Assembly: GCA_963921275.4 (NCBI GenBank)
Contig: OZ001293.3
Coordinates: 5,856,001 to 5,920,000, forward strand
DNA: 64,000 nucleotides
DNA from: an uncultured Hormoscilla sp.
Lineage (GTDB): Bacteria; Cyanobacteriota; Cyanobacteriia; Cyanobacteriales; Desertifilaceae
Direction: 5' to 3'
Numbering within the stretch: the first letter of the stretch is position 1; every line of letters starts with the position of its first letter. The position numbers and the translations under genes are program-made. The notes under the pieces are model-generated. The model was not told the DNA's origin, searched no databases, and was given only the letters and a program-made list of their open reading frames with translations. Below, piece by piece: positions 23,920 to 34,996 of this stretch.

Positions 23920-24042
23920 ATTTTGTCCCTTGAAACCTCGTAAATCCGTTATTGAAGGCCCTGTTGTTTAAAAAATGTTGCATCAGCGACGCATCCTCTC
24001 TGTAATCGGCTAAAACAGAAAAGGAATGTGGAGGCAAATGAT

Positions 24043-24552
24043 ATGACTACTATTTCTAATCTTGACCTAAAAAGCCCCAAGTGGCAAACGATCGTCCTTT
24101 TCACCTTGGGCTTCTGGCTGAGTAGCTGCCTGGTTTTGGATTTCGTGATTATGCCCAGTATGTATACAGCGGGTATGATGAGTACACCGGGATTTGCCAC
24201 AGCTGGCTATTCGATGTTCTGGCTATTTAATCGCATCGAGTTACTCTGTGCAGCTTTGGCACTGACAGGTTTGCTAGTTATAAGTATAACTACTCAGATA
24301 TCGCCAAGCAAAAGCCGCACTGCTATTATCCTATCTGTACTACTTTTGGCTGTTGCCTTGATTGATACCTACAGTTTGACCCCTCAGATGAGTGCTATGG
24401 GACTGGATCTGAATCTGTTTGAACCGGCTGAGGGTCTTCCGGCTGGGATGATGCAGATGCAGTTCGGTTATTGGACATTGGAACTGTTGAAACTAGTGGC
24501 TTGCGGCAGGATACTTAATTTGTGCTATCCCGGTCAGATGCAAGAGTCGTAA
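24043..24552 (+). CDS. DUF4149/TMEM205-like membrane protein
   Basis: FTLGFWLS..LVLDFVIMP, FNRIELLCAA, LTPQMSA. Confidence 0.7.
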   Translation: MTTISNLDLKSPKWQTIVLFTLGFWLSSCLVLDFVIMPSMYTAGMMSTPGFATAGYSMFWLFNRIELLCAALALTGLLVISITTQISPSKSRTAIILSVLLLAVALIDTYSLTPQMSAMGLDLNLFEPAEGLPAGMMQMQFGYWTLELLKLVACGRILNLCYPGQMQES

Positions 24553-24832
24553 GAAAATAAGTTTTCTTTGATTAAGAAATCTTATTTTCTCATTCCCAGG
24601 TTCTACCTGGGAACGGGTCTTCTGAGGCTCCCGCCGACCATAAGCGCATCCGTGCAAAGTCAAGTCTGGAATATGTTTAATAAAACGGTAAGCTGTCGCG
24701 CATCTAAACTGCATATTGGGGCTTAGGGTAAAATCGAAGCAACCGGAGACCCATAAGCGTTTCAGCCAGAACAGTCATTTTGGACTATGCAATTTGAATG
24801 CATCACAGTTTATTATTTATGACTGGAGGCAG

Positions 24833-24880
24833 AGCCTTCAGAGCGCGTTCCCTGCCAGAGACAGGGAACGAGGGAACGAG
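24833..24880. repeat. REP-like CTCGTTCCC-N-GGGAACG / GGCTCTGCCTCC family
   Basis: Related copies at about 517-545, 2997-3025, 13105-13135, 24590-24630 and 63020-63092. Confidence 0.65.
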
Positions 24881-24895
24881 GGAATTAGCAATTGC

Positions 24896-25959
24896 TCAAT
24901 TTTCTATTTCCCGGTTGAACCGGATCATTTCCCACGGTCGCCCGCCATACACCCCTTCGATCTGCTGCTGGCAACAGGCGATCGCGAAGTCGTTTAATTC
25001 TTCCGCTTCAATACCATACAAGTGACCAAACACATCTGCTTGTACCCGACAGAAGCGAGGGGGATCGGGATAGTGCGATTCCTTTAGTGTAAACCGACTT
25101 GACACAAGTCAAGAAGCGGGACCACTAGCAGGGTTCCATTAGCCCTGACAACTTATAGATGATGGTGGTGAAAGTCCACCCCTCCAGGTGCTCTCGTGAC
25201 AGCACTCTCCCGACGGTAGCGATGGCATCAATCCGTAAAGCGGGAATGAAAGGCGCACTGACTGGCAGCCTAAACCGGTTAACGTCGAGCAAGTAGTCAT
25301 GATGAGCGAAAGCAAAGACTCATAAATGTCGTCATTGCTGACCAGCGAAAAGGCTGAGACGCTGGCCCAAAAGGTAAAGGATAATGGCCATTGGCGGATT
25401 GTCCCCCGACCAATAAGCACCGGCAACAAACCCGGCATAAAGAGTCCATCTAATATTATAAGTAGAGAAAACGAAGTCGTAATCCCTACTTATGTATATG
25501 ACTTCTGGTTTTTCGCGCCAGGAGCGTGCGTCTAGTACGCATGATGTTTGTTCAGTAAACCCCATTTACAAGGAGGACAATATATGATATCCGGCTAGGC
25601 CGGGCCACCAACGTTGGCTACTACGTCAAGTCACAAGATAGATGTGTGAATATTCCTATTCACACATCTATCTTATTAGCCGTATCCATGACAAGGATGG
25701 CATTACTGAGGAGCCGGATGAGGTGAAAGTCTCACGTCCGGTTTTGAAGACGAGTCGGGGAGGTGACTCCCTGGCTTAGTTTAATTATCTGACATTCTCT
25801 GGTAGAGTGGTCGAAGTTAACGCACCAGCCATCATCACCCACCAGAGACAGATATAGTTCTAACTCTTCTGGTGATAAATACTCTTCTAGGTCTGGCCGA
25901 TCGGCTGGATCCAGCTGGCAGCAGGCTCCACATTGTTTTACGCAACGCCAAGTTCCCAT
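24896..25959 (-). pseudogene. YkgJ-family cysteine-cluster protein split by an antisense group II intron
   Basis: CVKQCGACC...CQI (25959-25786) joins in frame to YPDPPRFCRV...IACC (25072-24896) when 25073-25785 is removed. Confidence 0.88.
25073..25785 (+). mobile_element. ORF-less group II (IIB-type) intron, deletion derivative of the family at 26626-28998
   Basis: 5' GTGCGATT; domain V GAGCCGGATGAGGTGAAAGTCTCACGTCCGGTTT; 3' GCTTAGTTTAAT; colinear with the RT-coding intron. Confidence 0.92.
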
Positions 25960-26244
25960 CTTCTGTTAGTTGTTAGTGGGCAGTAGTTAGAGGACAGTAG
26001 TTAGTGGTCAGTTGTCAATGCAAGAATTTTGAATTTTGAATTTTGAATTGTCAGGAGGCCCTACCTATTATCGTACCACAGATATTTATTTTGTCAATTA
26101 TTTAGCTCGCCAGTCACCGACAAAAGTTGCGCCGGAAGCAGGAAGATAAAGTTTTGTAAAGTTTATGAGCAGCTTTGGGGCGATCGCTCAGTATAATGAG
26201 AAATTGGATTTTGGTTCGATCTGTGGGTTAATCAGGAAGGAACA

Positions 26245-26376
26245 ATGGACTTGATCGCAAATATATTCAGCAACATTAATTTTGAATTAATCGCCCAACT
26301 GACCATGTTAGCGCTGGTGGTCGTCTCGGGACCGGTAGTCATCGTTCTCCTGGCGGCACGAGAGGGTGACATGTAG
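26245..26376 (+). CDS. psb30: photosystem II reaction centre protein Psb30/Ycf12
   Basis: Translated by hand: [53 protein letters not shown] upstream. Confidence 0.9.
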   Translation: MDLIANIFSNINFELIAQLTMLALVVVSGPVVIVLLAAREGDM

Positions 26377-26625
26377 TCGGGAGTATGTCAGTTGTCAGTT
26401 GTCAGTTGTCAGCACTGTCCCCGTCCAGAGCTAATTCTGTCGAGGAGCAAAAATACTTATTTACAAAGTTGACATGCTCCCGATGTAGTCGCTGTGTCCC
26501 TTGACACGCATGAGAAGATAGTATCTCATGCGTGTTAAGGGACACAGGTTGATGGTTGATGGTTGATGGTCCGCCTGCCCCAACTGTAGGGTGGGCACTG
26601 CCGGACACCCCCGTTCAGGGTTTAT

Positions 26626-28998
26626 GTGCGATTCGTTTAGTGTAAACCACCGGCGATCCTGCTGGCGGGACCACTAGCAGGGTTTCATTAGCCCTGACAA
26701 CTTACAGATGATGGTGGTGAAAGTCCACCCCTCCAGGTGCAGGAGTGACAGCACTTCCCCTACGGTAGAGATGGCATCAATCCGTAAAGCGGGGATGAAA
26801 GGCGCTCTAACTGGCAGCCTACACCGGTTATCGCCGAGCAAGTAGCCATGATGAGCATAAAGCGAAGGTTTGCAGCGTCGTGACGAACAACCAGTGAAAT
26901 AAGGCTGACACACTGGCCCAAAAGGGAAAGGATAATGGTCACTGGCGGATATATTCCTGACCAGTAAGCACTGACAATAAACCCGGCGTAAGGAACCCAT
27001 CTAAAGTTACAAATAATCATCGGTAGGAACGAAGTAAACCAGGTATACACTCTCTACCACCGGTCGATAGGTAAAGTAGCCACCAAAGGCGTAACCTCTG
27101 TTTTCATCAGACAGGTCATACCTGGGAAAGATTTCGTGGAGAAGCAAACGCCTGCCCGTAATGAGCAGGATACGCTGACGCCCTCACGGTAATGTCAAAT
27201 GTCAAGCGGTGAGTAGCAAATGATACGTCATAGGCACGGCACTGAGCCGATGAATGAATGGAAGGATATCCCCTGGCGAAAGCTAGAGCGGGTAGTCTTT
27301 AAGCTGCAAAAGCGGATTTACAGAGCGGCACAACGTGGCGATAAGCGAATGGTTCGCAGACTCCAGAGGTTATTGGCAAGCTCCCAGGCCGCAAAAAAGC
27401 TAGCGGTACGTCAGGTAACACAAGATAACCAGGGAAAGAAGACCGCCGGTGTGGACGGTGTGAAAGCACTGACCCCAAAGCAACGATTGGAACTGGTAGG
27501 ACAAATAGGAATCTTGGGAAGGGCAAAACCCGCACGACGGGTATGGATACCTAAACCAGGAAGAACAGAAAAACGTCCATTGGGAATACCAACGATACAT
27601 GACCGCGCGACACAAGGGCTGCTGAAGATAGTACTAGAGCCCGAATGGGAAGCATACTTTGAGTGCAACTCATACGGATTCAGGCCAGGGAGAGGATGCC
27701 ACGACGCGATCGAAGCAATAATCACCAGCATCAACCAAAAACCCAAATGGGTATTAGATGCGGACATTGCGAAATGCTTCGATAGAATCAACCACAGAGC
27801 GCTAATGGAAAAACTGAATACAACATCACCAATCCGTAAACAAATACGGGCATGGCTAAAAGCCGGAGTGATAGACAAAGGATACTGGCACCCCACTGAT
27901 GAGGGCACCCCCCAAGGTGGAGTGATATCGCCATTACTGGCCAACATAGCCTTACACGGGCTTGAGGAAAGGATAATGGAAATGGCAAAAACACAAAGAG
28001 AAAAGCAAAGGTTGACAGTAGTCAGATATGCAGATGACTTTGTGGTAATGCACAACGACAAGGAAAAGGTGGAAGAAGCGCAAAAGGTTGTAGCGGAGTG
28101 GTTAAAGGGGGTTGGACTAGAGCTAAAACCAGAAAAAACCCGAATAAGTCATACGCTATACGGAGAAAAACTGGGGTTCGATTTCCTGGGAATCAACGTA
28201 AGACAATATGAGGTAAGTAAAAACAGAAGCGGGAAAAATCCACACGGTAAAGCCCTAGGTTTCAAAACCTTGACAAGGCCAAGTGACAAGTCCATAAAGA
28301 AGCATAAAGAAAGGCTGTCGGAAGTGATAGCCAGCCATAAAGCGGCACCCCAAGAAGCGCTAATAGGAAAGCTCAACCCAATAATACGGGGATGGGCGAA
28401 TTACTTCAGAACGGGGGCAAGCAAGGAGACCTACTCCGAAATGGACAACTACTTATGGAACACCCTATGGCAGTGGGCAAAAAGAAGACACCCGAACAAA
28501 TCCGGGAACTGGATAGCCAAAAAGTACTGGTTGAACAACCAAGCGAAAGAATGGCGATTCGGGAACGGAGAAATCAAACTAATGAAACACACAAGTGTGA
28601 AAATAGTAAGACATGTAAAGGTGAAAGGAAAAGCGAGCCCATACGACGGGAACCTCACATACTGGAGTACCAGACTAGGCAGAAACCCAGAAATACCTAA
28701 CAGAGTGGCAAAGTTGCTCAAAAGGCAAAAGGGAAAATGCCAGCAATGCGGGCTTACATTTAAGGACGGAGACAAGTGGGAAGTTGACCATGTCAAACCT
28801 CTAACACTAGGAGGCAAAGACCAATACGACAACCTACAACTACTACACAAACATTGCCACAACCGAAAAACTGCCAACGATGGCAGTAATAGCCGTACCC
28901 ATGACAAGGGTGGCGTTACTGAGGAGCCGGATGAGATGAAAGTCTCACGTCCGGTTCTGAAGACGAGTCGGAGGGGTGACTCTCTGGCTTAGTTTAAT
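26626..28998 (+). mobile_element. complete group II intron (chloroplast-like, IIB-type)
   Basis: 5' GTGCGATTCGTTTAG; domain V GAGCCGGATGAGATGAAAGTCTCACGTCCGGTTC; domain VI ends GCTTAGTTTAAT; IEP in domain IV. Confidence 0.95.
27220..28992 (+). CDS. ltrA: group II intron reverse transcriptase/maturase with HNH endonuclease
   Basis: GKKTAGVDG, RPLGIPT, SYGFRPGR, GTPQGGVISPLLANI, YADD, GWANYF, CQQC...VDH..NLQLLHKHCH. Confidence 0.95.
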   Translation: MIRHRHGTEPMNEWKDIPWRKLERVVFKLQKRIYRAAQRGDKRMVRRLQRLLASSQAAKKLAVRQVTQDNQGKKTAGVDGVKALTPKQRLELVGQIGILGRAKPARRVWIPKPGRTEKRPLGIPTIHDRATQGLLKIVLEPEWEAYFECNSYGFRPGRGCHDAIEAIITSINQKPKWVLDADIAKCFDRINHRALMEKLNTTSPIRKQIRAWLKAGVIDKGYWHPTDEGTPQGGVISPLLANIALHGLEERIMEMAKTQREKQRLTVVRYADDFVVMHNDKEKVEEAQKVVAEWLKGVGLELKPEKTRISHTLYGEKLGFDFLGINVRQYEVSKNRSGKNPHGKALGFKTLTRPSDKSIKKHKERLSEVIASHKAAPQEALIGKLNPIIRGWANYFRTGASKETYSEMDNYLWNTLWQWAKRRHPNKSGNWIAKKYWLNNQAKEWRFGNGEIKLMKHTSVKIVRHVKVKGKASPYDGNLTYWSTRLGRNPEIPNRVAKLLKRQKGKCQQCGLTFKDGDKWEVDHVKPLTLGGKDQYDNLQLLHKHCHNRKTANDGSNSRTHDKGGVTEEPDEMKVSRPVLKTSRRGDSLA

Positions 28999-29027
28999 TA
29001 CCATACAATTGTCAATTAGCCATCAAC

Positions 29028-29869
29028 GGTAGTGATAAACATGTAGTGATGGCACAACTAACCCGACAAGCATTTGTTGTAATCATGCACAAAATACCAA
29101 ATCGCGTGATTTTCTTCTTAGAGAATGATAATGTTTTCCGAACCAAGCGACTAATTCTTTGCCTCGTTGTTTAATCTTTCAATATGATTAGTTTTTCCAG
29201 TTTCTTTGCCTACCGCAATAGTAACGCTTTTTCTGTATTGTTATATGCTTCCCAAAAAGTAAAAAACTGCGTCGATAAACAGGGTAAATATTTCCACAAT
29301 TTTTTTGCTGATTCACGACTGCGATCGCCCAACTCCTACAATTTCTCTTGTTTTTGTATCAAGTGCCAACCAAATGTTTGTTTTCTTTATTCCTAAGACT
29401 ACATTTCATCACATGTCAATTTTCCTTTGGGCTTGTCTGAAACCTTTATCTCACGGCAGATTTTTTATTAACGCCAGGTTTGTGAAACCTTTACTCGACG
29501 CCTATTCTTTCAAGTAATAGCTCATCTATATTCTTTTTCTTTTCGGACGATACCTGCTGTCGGGTTTTCAATTTATTGCCGATTTTTTACATATTTTTGC
29601 TTTTTATTATGAGTACTACCATTTTTTACTGTTCGCTCACAATTACAATAAGGGCAATTGGGTCGCGACCCCAAAGATGATGATGTGTTCATAAGTCTAT
29701 ACTCGCTTTTGACTAATAACATAAGAGCATTTTTCTGATGAGCTATACATGAGAATATTTTATCATTGCTATCAATTTGGCTAAGATAAAGAGCTGTTAT
29801 ATCATTCCTAAGAAAAGTAAGGATTAGTAGAGGGATGGAATGTTCTATCACTACATATTTATCACTACC
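29028..29869 (-). mobile_element. IS1-family element, degenerate
   Basis: TIR GGTAGTGATAAAYATGTAGTGAT; 9-bp TSD GCCATCAAC; InsA-like CPYCNC..VKNG and InsB-like fragments with stops. Confidence 0.85.
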
Positions 29870-29880
29870 GCCATCAACAA

Positions 29881-32425
29881 TTAGCTGTCACCGGGTAGTC
29901 GGACGCCGATTAATTCGAGTTCGACGCTGCAGTTGCCATTATAATTATTTTCTCGCAGTTTGTAGGCAATGTCAACTTGGGCTGGTAAGGGAAAGTATTC
30001 TCCCCATCGCCAGGCGATCGCCTCTCGGATCTTAGTTCCCAATCCTGTCTCCTGCCCTAAGGTTAACTTCAGATGACTTTTGCTGACAATTTTTTGTTTA
30101 AAGACCCGGACGTTGGAGGTCCAAAATATCGGGGCCGAGTTTTCTATGCCGCAAGGATGCAGGGCATCTATTTGCTGATACAATTCTAGATTAATTTGAT
30201 GAAAGCTGGCTGGGCTGTCAATCTTGACCAAGGGTCTTAAATGTTCGGGTTGCAAGCAGCTGTAAGCAAATTCTCGCAGGCGAGTTTGAAAGGCTTCTAG
30301 ATGTTCGGCCCGCAGAGAAAAGCCCCCCGCTGCTTGGTGTCCGCCATATTTTCCCAATAAATTATCGCAGTATTGTAAAGCCTGAAAGACATGAAATTCC
30401 GGAATTCCTCTGGCAGAACCACGCAAGTGAGAGTCAGTTTCATAGGTGCCGAGAAAGACGGGGACGCCGTAACGTTCTACGAGGCGGGAGGCGACTATCC
30501 CAATTACTCCATGATGCCATTGGGGTTGGACAATGACTAAGACTCTCTCTTGTTGGCAGTTAATTTGGTTCTCGGCACACCAGGCGATCGCCTCCTGTTC
30601 AATTTGGGCGCACATTTCCTGACGCTTCTTGTTCAGTTGTTCGCATTGCCTTGCCCTTTCCCTTGCTATCCCTTTGTCAGTTGTGGTCAGCAGTTCGATC
30701 GCGATCTGGGGGTCCGCCAGACGCCCGACGGCATTGATCCTCGGCCCCAGGCGAAAGCCAATATCTTCGGGTCTTAGGGAGTGCTGCTGATTGACTCCAG
30801 AAACGCCGATTAAGGCTTGCACTCCCGTAAGCTGGGATTGGGATAGATGTTGCAATCCCCGTTTCAGCCAGCGGCGGTTGACTCCTGTTAAGGGCGCTAA
30901 GTCGGCAATGGTTCCGAGGGTGAATAGTTCCAGGGATGTTTTGTATAGTCCGTCCTCTTTTCCTAGCTGCTGGGCTAGTGTTACGGCTAAGATGTAGGCG
31001 ATACCCACTCCCGCTAGTCCCCGATAGGGCGATGCTGCTGATATTAACTTGGGGTTGAGTATGGCATTGGCAGGGGGTAGTTGGGGTGGGATGTCGTGAT
31101 GGTCGGTGATAATTACTTTTATACCAATCTCACGGGCTCTCTGGACGGGTTCGACGGCGCTAATGCCGTTGTCTACTGTTAAAATTAGCTTTACGCCTTG
31201 GGTGTGGAATTCTTCCACAATGCGGTTGTTGATGCCGTAGCCTTCCTTCATGCGGCTGGGTATGGCATAATCTACTCTTGCCCCTAGGTATCTTAAGGCC
31301 CGCAGCAGCAAGGCGGTGCTGGTCATGCCGTCCGCGTCGTAGTCCCCGCAAATGGCGATCGCCTCAGTAGAGGCGATCGCCTCTTGCAGCAGTTCTATAC
31401 TCAAAGCTAAATCTGGGAACTCCTCTAGAGGATGAGGCAACAGGAGTGAGTCGGGGTCGAGCTGGAGATCGCTCTCCAACCCTCCCATTCGGAACCGGAC
31501 ATGCGACTTTCACCGCATCCGGCTACTGGGTAGTAGGCTGTTGTCATCAGTAGAATTACTATGGATTACTCCCGTTGTTCCTCATCTTACACAATTTCGC
31601 CCCTTTATCTTTCGATTCAGCCGACCTCTTAGACAGTTTTGGCCTCTTTCAAAGCCTTCACCCGGGATTGCGGCATTTTTAGGGCTACTTTCAATCTAAG
31701 ACTTCCTACTATCACCGACCCACGTCAGCATATCCGTAAGAGTTACCCCAGGCATTAGCTTCTTGGGCCATCTTTCCCCTCGTGGCTTGCGCTTTACATC
31801 TAACTTGTCCAAATGAGGACAGCTCACGGGAGGTTACTTCGTTCCCTGATATCATTTCACGATACCTTTAGGCTCCTACTCTACCCCGGTAGCTTTTCGA
31901 GTACGATGTTAGTCACAGATTAAAACTAACACTAGCTACATTCCCTTTTGGGCCAGCGTAATAGCCTTATTCCGCTGGTTTTAGTTTACGAGGCTTACAT
32001 AGATTTGCTTGCTCTAGCCTTGGGTATCTTTCCTAGCGGAGTCACCGGCTTAGGCTGCCAGTTATCCTGCATTTGAGTCCTCGCTTGGCACCACGGCGAT
32101 GTTGCTCCGTAGCACTGAGGACCGGTGTCACCCCCGTACCTGGGGGAGGGGAATTTAACCCCCATGATGATCAGAGTTATCTGGCTAATGGAACCAGACC
32201 CGACTTTCACCATTACTGGTTTACGCCGGAACGAATCGCACAATCTGGATCTAAATATACTTTGGCTTCTGCTGGCGTCTGAATGCCGCGATTAATCAGC
32301 ACTTGGGCTAGCAGGGGTGGGAGTCCCGTTGCTTGGGCTAACTGGTGGATCTTGCTTGGCAAGATCGGATATATGTGCCATCGCTGGTTGGGGAGGTGAA
32401 ATGATCTGCTGTCTTTTACATGCAT
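29881..32425 (-). CDS. recJ: single-stranded DNA exonuclease RecJ, two exons (32425-32242 and 31448-29881), 583 aa after splicing
   Basis: Exon 1 ...LLAQVLINRGI...VYLDPD-T plus exon 2 CA-LLLPHPLEEFPDL; GDYDADG, TDHH, GPRINAVGR, GGH motifs. Confidence 0.9.
31449..32241 (-). mobile_element. ORF-less group II intron in recJ (793 nt)
   Basis: 5' GTGCGATTCGTTCCGG; intact domain V; domain VI ends CTCGACCCCGACT; EBS1 AATCTG (31916-31921) pairs with exon end CAGATT. Confidence 0.93.
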
Positions 32426-32628
32426 CGAAGCTTCCTCAAATTTACAGTTTACCACTAATTGCTAATTGCTAATTGTTCATTGCTAATTGCTAATGGACAT
32501 GAATATGAGTTTTTGCTTCCCTAAGGATCCCTCACCCTTTAGGATTCTGTTGGCGAAGGTCGGGGATTACCCCCTGGTCAGCAGCTCCAACTGCTGACCG
32601 CATGAGGTCCTAGACTAGTAAAAGGAGA

Positions 32629-33320
32629 GGCTCTTCTCAATCTAGTATGCTAGATTGAGGCTAAAAGCACCAGGAAAGGAGACTACGCAAGCGAAAATTT
32701 TCCAGATTTCTGAATCCATATCCCTTACGTTTGATTAACTTGAGACGGTTATTTATTCCTGACACAGTCCCTTGAGTTTTCCCCGATTCATTATCACCTA
32801 CAATTTCTCCGAACCATCTAATAATTGTCTTCACACGAGAAAATCCTCTCTTGCCTCTAGGATCCAATCGAGGATTTGTAAGGTAGGATTTTCCGACTTT
32901 TTGGACCTCTCATATATGTAGCTGATCCTCGGTACATTTTTCCCAATTTGGGAATTTTTTCTTGAATTTATTTCAGCTTAATTTCTTATTTTTTTTTTAA
33001 GCTTTCTTAATTTTTATGAGCTTTATTTTTATTTAATACTGATGATATTTATTTTTTTTCTGACTTTAAGTTTTTTAGCTTCATTCTTGATTTGTTTTCG
33101 ACAATTATCTAGCTCTTCATTTACTTGCTTAGTCAGGTGAAAATGGTCAGCTATAACTTCAGTATTAGGCATCAATTCTTCCACTAAACTTTGATACGGT
33201 TTCCACATACTCACTTCTTCAATACCATTCAACACCTCGGGACCCCATGATAGCAAGAATTCTCGCAGATATTCTTGTCGCCGAGACTTCACTATTTCCA
33301 GAAGTTTGATCGCCATACTA
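32629..33320 (-). mobile_element. ISL3-family remnant
   Basis: End GGCTCTT; GINNRLKLIKRKGYGFRNLENFR and VIADHFH fragments. Confidence 0.78.
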
Positions 33321-33520
33321 GGCTCTCTGCTACAAAAGCCTATTGCTGCACCCAAACTTGTCGCAGAATTTCTACCCTATCCAGCCCTTGTAACTTTTGA
33401 GTAGTTGCCCAGTTATAAATAGCCTCTAAAATTAAGTGTCCGTCTGCACCAATGGCTAGGGCTAATTCCTCTTGTTCTTTTTCTCTATGGCTGCGCCACG
33501 CTGCGCGATTGGGTAATCGA
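33321..33520 (-). mobile_element. IS1182-like transposase fragment
   Basis: YRLP...LAIGADGHLIL...VEILRQVWVQQ. Confidence 0.55.
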
Positions 33521-34514
33521 TATTGCATTACGCAAATACATTAGGACATTCTCGAAAGGCAGCATCAATGCAGTCTTGGAAATTCTCAAATTCCTTTATC
33601 CTTTGTTTCATCCAATTCTTGAGAACAAACCACCAATGCTCTCTTTTATTAAGATCGGGAGAAGAGGTTGGTAAGTATAACAGCTCGCATCCAGCCGACT
33701 CAATTAGTTCCCTAACGAATATTGACTTATGAAAACTTGCATTTTCAATAATAACTACATTTCCCTCCTCAAGTTGAGAGATTAAACAGAATTCTACCCA
33801 AAATTCAAATAAATCCTTGTTACAACCTCCACTAAATACTAAAGGAGCAAAGACCTTATCTTCTCTCTGCGCCGCTATCCAACTGACTCTCTCGGTTCGT
33901 TTTCCGGATTTTATTGCGTAAAATCTTTCTCCTCGGATCGCAGTAATCATAGGGGTATTCTTCTCTGTTATCTATTCCTGCGATGTCTCCGGAGAGCGCT
34001 AATCGCACTACTCCTGAGACATCGCCTCATCAACGTATATTCTCTTATTTTTTTCGAGATTATCTAGTTTTCGCAAAAACTCTTGACGTTTTTCTTCATC
34101 TCTTTCCCGATATCCATAGGTCTTTTTTTTTCTGCTTATCCCTAACCAAAGCATGGTTCTACTAATATTTGGTTGCGTAACACAATATGGCCATCTCTTT
34201 TTGAGTTTTATCTCCATGCTCCTTTCTAAACGCACGAAACTTTTCTTGATTGTTGATTTTGGGTTGAGGATCTTTGCGACTGGCTGTTTTAGCCTGAAAA
34301 TTTCCAGTCTCAGCCTCTCTTTTCAACCAAAGGTCCAGAGTCTTCCTGCTAATATTGAGTTTTCGACATATGTTTGTTTTTCGTTCACCTCGTTTATAAG
34401 CTTCGATTGCCTTTTTCCGAAAATCATAGCTGTAAGGGGCCGGCATTATTATTCTCCTCGAATCGGTCTTCTTGTTTTACATTATACGTCCTAAGCTGCT
34501 TTGGTAGTGCTATA
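33521..34514 (-). mobile_element. IS630-family element, degenerate
   Basis: Imperfect TIRs bounded by TA; MPAPYSYDFRKK, YVDEA, NASFH, LYLPTSSPDLN. Confidence 0.85.
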
Positions 34515-34996
34515 TAAGAACTACTTTCTCCTGAGATTTCCTACTATCACCGACCTACGTCTGCGTATCCTAGGCATTACCCCAGACATTTGCTTCTTAG
34601 GCCATGCCTCCCCACCTGGACATACGCTTCACATCTGGTTGGTCCCTAGGGACAGTACCACGGGGGTTACTTCGTTCCCAAACGTCATATCTCGATGTCT
34701 TTAGGTCTCCTCTCTAAGCTGGCAGTTGTTTGTGTACAAAACTAATGAAAGCTAAGCATCAGTCCTAACTGCTTGCACTTTTGTGCCCGGTGTATCAGCC
34801 TTATTTCACCGGTTTTTTCTTACGACCCTTACAAGGATTTGCCTGTTCTAACCATGGACATCTTTCCTAGCGGCGTTACCTCCTCAGGGCTGGAAGCTAT
34901 CCTACATTTACCCTCGCTCAGCACCATGGTGATGTTGCTCCACAGCACCGATTTTTCCGGAACGGTGGGCCAATGTCACCCCTGTACATGGGGGAA

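Noticed and set aside
27299..28907. Antisense ORFs opposite the RT gene and other long genes
   Set aside because: Shadow frames of real coding sequences.
27220..28992. RT as a retron, DGR or CRISPR-associated RT
   Set aside because: It has maturase and HNH domains and lies within clear group II intron boundaries; no TR/VR pair, msr-msd or cas genes were seen.
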